Below are positions 58,403 through 64,000 of a stretch of DNA of 64,000 nt, piece by piece. Within the stretch, counting starts at the first letter, position 1. The number at the start of each line of letters is the position of its first letter. Origin of the DNA: Minisyncoccota bacterium (GTDB lineage: Bacteria > Patescibacteriota > Minisyncoccia > RBG-13-40-8-A); the NCBI GenBank assembly GCA_035528175.1, contig DATKZC010000025.1, positions 431 through 64,430 of the forward strand. The letters are read 5' to 3'. Under the pieces are notes generated by a model, which made no database searches, was not told the DNA's origin, and saw nothing but the letters and a program-made list of their open reading frames with translations. Made by a program: the position numbers and the translations under genes.

Positions 58403-59455
58403 GCATAAACTCAGTAATTCATTGCCCAAAACTGCAGGAGTTAATTTCTCCTGATATAATTTATAGCCGTTATCGGCTATTTTTTTACCCAATTCCGGAT
58501 TATTCTTAAGTTCTATTATTTTTTCAGCTAAATCTTCTGGATCTGCCAAATTAACCAATAAACAGTTTTCCCTGTCTCGCAATAATTCTTTTATCCCGTC
58601 TCCATTACCGTTAATATAGGGTAATTTTATTGCTAAATATTCAAATGCCTTGTAAGGAACTGTTCTTTTTAAGCGTTCATGGCTTTCAATTTGCCCGATG
58701 CCAATGTCTGCAGAAAGCATTTTCTCGCGCAGCTCATCAATAGTCAGACGCCTGGATATCAATTCAACATTCCCCAAACCGAGATCTTTAATCTGTTTTT
58801 GGATTTCTTCTTCTAAGAGACCGAAGCCTAATATCAAAAATTTAATATCTTCATCTTTTAAAATTTTGGCTGTTTTTAAAATGTGCCTTACCCCTGCTTC
58901 GGGAAGCAGCCTTCCGCGGAATAAAACAGTAAACTTCCCAATTCTTTCTGGCCTTGCTTCTGGATAAAAAATAGCATCATTGGCACCGGTATAAAGCCTG
59001 GCGAATTTTTTTTCCTTGATTTTAAACTTCTTAACCAAATAATCTTTCTGTTTGCTAGTTTCTACTAATACTAAATCGGAAAGCCTAAATGCCAGCCAAT
59101 CAATAAGCCAAATGCGCCAGGCAAAAGGAGAATATGAAGCATGCTTGCCTCTTGATACAATACTCGCTTCATACAAAGAAGTCATGGCATTAAAAACTAT
59201 CGGCTTGCTGGAAATTAATTTTGCGAACGGAACTAAAAAATGGCCAGCGTATCCGACAATCATCACATCATATTTTTTCCTGATTTTCCAATGCTTGGCA
59301 AATAATTTGAAGTATTTTGCGATTCCTGAGCTGCTATCTGAGCATTCAATTACTTCAACATTATTCTGTCTTAGTCCCCTGAGATAAACTTCATTCCTGG
59401 CTAATTCAGAATTATACGCGCCAAAATAACAAATTGTGGGTTTATTATTTATCAT
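58382..59455 (-). CDS. Glycosyltransferase family 4
   Basis: Start reassigned to MINNKPTICY; F.G...P..G, VPYKAFEYLA. Confidence 0.85.
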   Translation of the reverse strand: MINNKPTICYFGAYNSELARNEVYLRGLRQNNVEVIECSDSSSGIAKYFKLFAKHWKIRKKYDVMIVGYAGHFLVPFAKLISSKPIVFNAMTSLYEASIVSRGKHASYSPFAWRIWLIDWLAFRLSDLVLVETSKQKDYLVKKFKIKEKKFARLYTGANDAIFYPEARPERIGKFTVLFRGRLLPEAGVRHILKTAKILKDEDIKFLILGFGLLEEEIQKQIKDLGLGNVELISRRLTIDELREKMLSADIGIGQIESHERLKRTVPYKAFEYLAIKLPYINGNGDGIKELLRDRENCLLVNLADPEDLAEKIIELKNNPELGKKIADNGYKLYQEKLTPAVLGNELLSLCLQLIKK

Positions 59456-59459
59456 ATAA

Positions 59460-60083
59460 CTATTTTTTATTAAGCATGTAGATATATTGATTAATTCCAA
59501 GCATTATATTCTCTTTGCGCATAACCTGAAAATGATTTTCAATTTCTTTATTAATTCTATTTACAGATTTACGATCAACAACCCAATGGTGATGACTGGA
59601 ATAAGGAAACTTGGTTAAGATATTCTGGGCAATCCTTAAAAATGACCTCTTCAAGATTTTTCTGATAAACGGAAATCTTAAAATACATTCAAAGCCAACT
59701 TGCCTCACCGGCAGAGACAAAACAACCCATTTTCTAGTAATCTGGTGTATTCTCGAAAGTATTTTTGAAAAATAATCGAATGGAATATGTTCCAAAACCT
59801 GGCAAATAACAACGCAATCAAATTCATTGTCTTTAAATGGTAAATTTATAACATCGCCGACAATGTCGGGATTTAATTCTTGATCTATATCAAAAGTAAT
59901 AAGTTCTATTCCGGGAATCTTTTTTAAATAATCAGGGACCAAACCATCTCCAACACCGACAAAAAGAATCTTTTTTGCCTCGGTTTTCCTGATAAAATCA
60001 ATCTGATAATAGTACGAGATAAAACGCCTTAGATCTGCGTATCTTTCCTGAAAATAATGATTTTTATCAACCTGTAATTCCAT
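59460..60083 (-). CDS. SAM-dependent methyltransferase
   Basis: VGVGDG, LPFKDNEFD, QVLEHIP. Confidence 0.85.
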   Translation of the reverse strand: MELQVDKNHYFQERYADLRRFISYYYQIDFIRKTEAKKILFVGVGDGLVPDYLKKIPGIELITFDIDQELNPDIVGDVINLPFKDNEFDCVVICQVLEHIPFDYFSKILSRIHQITRKWVVLSLPVRQVGFECILRFPFIRKILKRSFLRIAQNILTKFPYSSHHHWVVDRKSVNRINKEIENHFQVMRKENIMLGINQYIYMLNKK

Positions 60084-60749
60084 TTATTTTTTACACTCAA
60101 AATAATAAATTAAAACATATTTATCTTTATTGTGTATTTTTCTGATTCTGGCGATGATTTTATCCAATAAAATTGCCGGAAACATAAAGATGGGGCGGAG
60201 GAATCTTGGAATTGAAAAGGAAATTGTATAGTACCCCACAACAAATGGCCCATAGCCCAGCGCCTCAATCCGCACCTCTGCGAAGCCGGATGCTTTAAAA
60301 ATCCCTTCCAATGCCGACTTGGTATAGCGGAAATAATCATTAGGATCAGCATGCACGCTAGCCAGAAATGGAACTGCGCCGATTAGCCTGCCTCCTTGTC
60401 TCAAAACGCGGTGAGCTTCGCCAATTAGATTCCTATAATCGAAAATATGTTCCAGTAAATTAAAGCAAAGAACATAATCAAATTCTTTATCGTCAAATGG
60501 AAACTTCTGCTCTAAATCAGCATAAACATCGGGTTTTCTTTCATCCGAAACGTCAACTGAAATGATTTTAGAATCTTTGCTTATTTTTAAAAAATCATGG
60601 TAGCTTGGACGGATTGTTCCTGAACCCAAATCTAAAATCCTGCCATCTAATTCCTGGACTTTTCTCAGCCTATTATTCATTAAAATCCTAAGTATGGTTT
60701 TATCCTTTAGCGTCCCTATTATTAAATCTTTAAACAATTTGTTCCTCAT
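60084..60749 (-). CDS. SAM-dependent methyltransferase
   Basis: LDLGSG, FD.V.C.N.LEH, H..P.DYFRYT. Confidence 0.88.
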   Translation of the reverse strand: MRNKLFKDLIIGTLKDKTILRILMNNRLRKVQELDGRILDLGSGTIRPSYHDFLKISKDSKIISVDVSDERKPDVYADLEQKFPFDDKEFDYVLCFNLLEHIFDYRNLIGEAHRVLRQGGRLIGAVPFLASVHADPNDYFRYTKSALEGIFKASGFAEVRIEALGYGPFVVGYYTISFSIPRFLRPIFMFPAILLDKIIARIRKIHNKDKYVLIYYFECKK

Positions 60750-61845
60750 TTTTATCAGCTCTTAATCCCAATTTACAGCAACGCTTACAAATTGGCAATA
60801 AGTTATTTTTTACTAATTTATTCCTAAACGATTTGAATTCCTCCTTGTTCCAAATCTGCTCCATTGTTTCATTAAGCAGATTGCCGAAAGGCTTTTTGAT
60901 AAAAGGGCAAAAAATCACATCGCCCTGGGCATTAACCCTACCAACAAACATATTCTTGCAGACAAGCTTGGTTTTGCCTCTTAATCTCCCGCCATAGAGT
61001 TCTTCGGGGAAAGAATCGAAAATATCTGGATGTATAACTACATTTATCCCTTTGATTTTCCTTATTTTACTAATTGTCTCTTTTAATTTATTGAAAGAAA
61101 ATTTATACCCGGGCTGGCTTGATATTGAAGTTGCAAATGCCGGATTCTCTTCGACTAATATCTTTTTAGAAGCAACGGCTTCCTCGGCAGTAGAAAACAT
61201 TTCCATGGTCAACCCAAAATTAATCACTCCCATATTGCTTAGATATTGGACTAAATCATAAAGCTCATCAAGATTGCTCTCCATCATTACCGAATTGACG
61301 CTTACATTAAAATCGTTTTTAAGCAGGTTTATCGCCTTAATCGTTCTATCAAAAGCCGAATTAAGCCCTCTGATTTTATTATGCGTCTCTTTTGAACCAT
61401 CAAGAGAAAAACCGATGCCGCGAATCCCATTTTTATATTTTTTCAGCTTTTCAGCAACTTCTTCGTTTATCAAGGTGCCATTACTTGTCAGATACAGCTT
61501 GATTCCTCTTTTTATAAACTCTTCTATAATTTGGAAAATATCCGGTCTGGTAAAAATTTCCGCTCCTATCAACGAAGCTTGTTTAATATTGCCAAGATTA
61601 TTGATAACTTTCTTGATTTCTTCAAAAGACAAATCGCGCTTTCCCAATAATCTTTCTTCTTTTTGGTAGCACATCACGCAGTTCAAATTGCATTTTGTGG
61701 TTAATTCAAAACCCACAGACAGCGGCAAATCTGCTGTCCCATCTGGCAATAAAATTTGTCGGCGGCTACGAAAAAAAACCCTCTTTATTGGGTCTGCCAA
61801 GCGAAGCTTCTTAGTAATTCTAATAGCTAAAATCCTGAAATTCAT
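60730..61845 (-). CDS. Radical SAM protein with SPASM/twitch domain
   Basis: CNLNCVMC, SNGTL, SLDG...H...RG, C...G.V..CPF, C.RC. Confidence 0.9.
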   Translation of the reverse strand: MNFRILAIRITKKLRLADPIKRVFFRSRRQILLPDGTADLPLSVGFELTTKCNLNCVMCYQKEERLLGKRDLSFEEIKKVINNLGNIKQASLIGAEIFTRPDIFQIIEEFIKRGIKLYLTSNGTLINEEVAEKLKKYKNGIRGIGFSLDGSKETHNKIRGLNSAFDRTIKAINLLKNDFNVSVNSVMMESNLDELYDLVQYLSNMGVINFGLTMEMFSTAEEAVASKKILVEENPAFATSISSQPGYKFSFNKLKETISKIRKIKGINVVIHPDIFDSFPEELYGGRLRGKTKLVCKNMFVGRVNAQGDVIFCPFIKKPFGNLLNETMEQIWNKEEFKSFRNKLVKNNLLPICKRCCKLGLRADKNEEQIV

Positions 61846-62939
61846 AATTCAAATAATGCTATAAATTTATTAACTACTTTTTCTAAAGAATATTCCTTGA
61901 CTTTTTGTAGCTCTTCTTTTCTGAACGCCTCATAAACTTTTTGGTCCGAGAGCAGATTCTCTATTTTGTGAGCGAACATTTCGACGTCGCCAGATTTAAC
62001 CAGGAACCTTTGTGCTGTTTCTGCAGATATTTCGCGCACTGCGCCAACATCAGAAGCGACATATGGAACGCCCATGGCCATTGCCTCTAGTAATACCCTG
62101 GGAAACCCTTCTTCCATTGACGGCATAATAAATATATCCGTCTTTTTATAATACTCAATAATATCTTCGTTGGGAACGGGGCCAAGAATCTTAATAACGC
62201 TTTTCAACTTATTCTCTTCTACCTCTCTAGATAAATCATCTTTATACGGCCCGTCGCCGATAACCAATAATTTATAATCCACTGATTTCAATTGAAAGTC
62301 CTGGTTTAAATGCCTGACAATCGGCACAATCATATCAGCGCCTTTTCTTTTTGAAAGCCAATGCACGAATAAAAATGTTTTTTCTTTTGATGAAGGGGCC
62401 TCCGCGGGCTGAAATCGTTCCAGATTTATCCAATTCGGCATCACTTTTATTTTCTCAGGATCCAAATGATAATGCTCGATATATCCCTGCTTCATTCCTT
62501 CGCCTCCGGTCACCAGATAGTGGGACAGTTTCAAACTTAATTCATAGCCGATTTTAGACGAATCTTTCTTTTTGAACAGCCAATTCATTGCGCAATTCCA
62601 ATAATATGATTTTCCGCCGAAAACCCTGGAAACAATAGCCGCATTCACTCCTCCAATATAGCAATAATGCGTATAAAAATTCTTATATCCTTTAATTCTG
62701 GCTTTAAGTATAATAATGAAGCTCTCAATAAAGCGCAAAGGAATAAATTTAAATTTTTGCACATAAACCGCATTCGCAATTTTAATATCTTCGGTTTTAA
62801 CATTCGATTTTTCAACGATTAAAAATATATCCGCTTTTTGCGAAGCCTTTTCCAGAAATTCATAGACATGAAAGAAGTGACTGTCAGTTTTTTGGTTATA
62901 ATCAGGAAGAATGTAGCAAACTTTCAAAGATTTTTGCAT
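61842..62939 (-). CDS. Glycosyltransferase family 4
   Basis: RKG, GDGP, EGFPRVLLEAMA. Confidence 0.9.
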   Translation of the reverse strand: MQKSLKVCYILPDYNQKTDSHFFHVYEFLEKASQKADIFLIVEKSNVKTEDIKIANAVYVQKFKFIPLRFIESFIIILKARIKGYKNFYTHYCYIGGVNAAIVSRVFGGKSYYWNCAMNWLFKKKDSSKIGYELSLKLSHYLVTGGEGMKQGYIEHYHLDPEKIKVMPNWINLERFQPAEAPSSKEKTFLFVHWLSKRKGADMIVPIVRHLNQDFQLKSVDYKLLVIGDGPYKDDLSREVEENKLKSVIKILGPVPNEDIIEYYKKTDIFIMPSMEEGFPRVLLEAMAMGVPYVASDVGAVREISAETAQRFLVKSGDVEMFAHKIENLLSDQKVYEAFRKEELQKVKEYSLEKVVNKFIALFEL

Positions 62940-64000
62940 AATTTTCTATTATTTTTTTTCTCTCGAATTGCTGTACGGTTTGATAGCCGTTTTCGACAAT
63001 TTTTTCCCTTAATCCGTTATTGTCCAGCAATAATTTAATTTTATCAGCAATATCCTTTGCATTCCAATCCATAAACACGCCATTGGCTTGTTCCGAATCA
63101 ATTGAAGGATCACGGATTATATCCAGCATAATTCCAACCTTACTGGTTATTACTGCCGTTTTGCAGGCCATTGCCTCCAATGTCACTCTCGGTCCGCCTT
63201 CATTAAATGACGGCATAACCATAATCTTGGACTGGTTATAAATCCTTGCCACATCGCCTGCGGTTTGAAGCCATCCGGAAAACTCTATATTTCCACCAAG
63301 ATTATGCTTTTTGATATATTTTTGGATTTTATCTTTTTGCGATCCTTCACCGATAATTATCGTTTTTAATTCAAAATTGCCGCCTTTTAATACATTAATC
63401 GCCTCCAACAGCAGATTAATGCCCTTATTTTTAGCCAGGCGCCCGGCGAAGACCAAATCGTATTTCTTTTCTAAGTCTAAAAAGGAAAATGTCTCCAAAT
63501 CAATATAAGCCGATGGCGCATAAATGATTTTCTTGCTGTCAACTCCGTATCTTTTTAAAAACCCCGGCGTCTGCTTCTGATTTACGACTCTCACTATTGC
63601 TGCTTTTTTGGCGCTGTATCTGATGAATATTTTATTTAAAAATCTGTAAAAGCGCTCTTTAGTATTCCCGGCCCTGGGATAGCCGGTAATGTGGTGCACT
63701 TCAAGAATAAACGGCTTCTTTATTTTGTTATGCAGCCAACATCCACCAATATCATTATAAAACGGGGGGTAGCTGTGAGTCGTGAAAAAATCGAATTTCT
63801 GTTCTTTAAAAATTTCCGTCCCTTTTTTAAGAATAAACCAAGGATGAAAGATTTTCGGCAAATTTGAACTATGTACATATACATTATTAAAAAACTTTTG
63901 AACAAAGGGTTTTGCTTGCCCGCCGAAGCATTGGCGAAGGCGGGGGCAAATAATATCGATTCTTTCCCAATAACGAGAAAATTCCTCCAGCATATAATAA
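62902..64000 (-). CDS. Glycosyltransferase family 4 (probably 5'-truncated by the window edge)
   Basis: GRL..NKG, EGGPRVTLEAMA; the frame stays open to the window end. Confidence 0.88.
   Translation of the reverse strand, partial: YYMLEEFSRYWERIDIICPRLRQCFGGQAKPFVQKFFNNVYVHSSNLPKIFHPWFILKKGTEIFKEQKFDFFTTHSYPPFYNDIGGCWLHNKIKKPFILEVHHITGYPRAGNTKERFYRFLNKIFIRYSAKKAAIVRVVNQKQTPGFLKRYGVDSKKIIYAPSAYIDLETFSFLDLEKKYDLVFAGRLAKNKGINLLLEAINVLKGGNFELKTIIIGEGSQKDKIQKYIKKHNLGGNIEFSGWLQTAGDVARIYNQSKIMVMPSFNEGGPRVTLEAMACKTAVITSKVGIMLDIIRDPSIDSEQANGVFMDWNAKDIADKIKLLLDNNGLREKIVENGYQTVQQFERKKIIENYAKIFESLLHSS
63087..63108 (-). repeat. Degenerate family-B palindrome in-frame in the GT4 gene
   Basis: Coding strand CCTTCAATTGATTCGGAACAAG, encoding PSIDSEQ, inside the IIxDxxNG motif. 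Confidence 0.5.
63915..63944 (-). repeat. REP-like palindrome, family A, in-frame in the GT4 gene
   Basis: Coding strand CCCGCCTTCGCCAATGCTTCGGCGGGCAAG (RLRQCFGGQ); 28/30 identical to the secA copy at 29719. Confidence 0.9.

Noticed and set aside
62392-62412. GC-rich patch encoding QPAEAPS as a further palindromic insert
   Set aside because: The stem is too short and has no CAAG foot; it cannot be distinguished from chance.
1-64000. CRISPR array, rRNA or IS transposase
   Set aside because: No regularly spaced repeats, rRNA signatures or transposase ORFs were seen.

Overview
Low-GC bacterial chromosome segment with the gene content of Patescibacteria/CPR, Parcubacteria-like (inferred from two VirD4/TraD-like ATPases, a sigma-r4/HARE-HTH fusion, DUF5667, GtrA and GT-C genes, and apparently leaderless genes). 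Positions 1-35.9 kb are mostly minus-strand housekeeping genes: trxB/glutaredoxin, iscS/iscU, tyrS, tRNA-Gln, dnaX, serS, lysS, secDF, secA, a metallopeptidase and an O-antigen ligase-TPR protein. Positions 36-64 kb are a large surface-glycan locus with wzm/wzt, pseB/pseI/pseF-like genes, four radical SAM enzymes, glycosyltransferases and methyltransferases. Four signals stand out. (1) Short (about 22-32 bp) REP-like palindromes, most with a shared CAAG/CTTG foot, are inserted in-frame in many unrelated proteins, four times in SecA and twice in LysS. (2) A tandem pair of promoter-driven non-coding RNAs at 32.05-32.31 kb has mutually complementary segments. (3) An orphan promoter-to-terminator structured RNA lies at 27.64-27.75 kb. 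(4) A 10-bp-period direct-repeat operator precedes a small Xis/BldC-like HTH gene inside the glycan locus. All calls come from reading motifs by eye; no searches were run.
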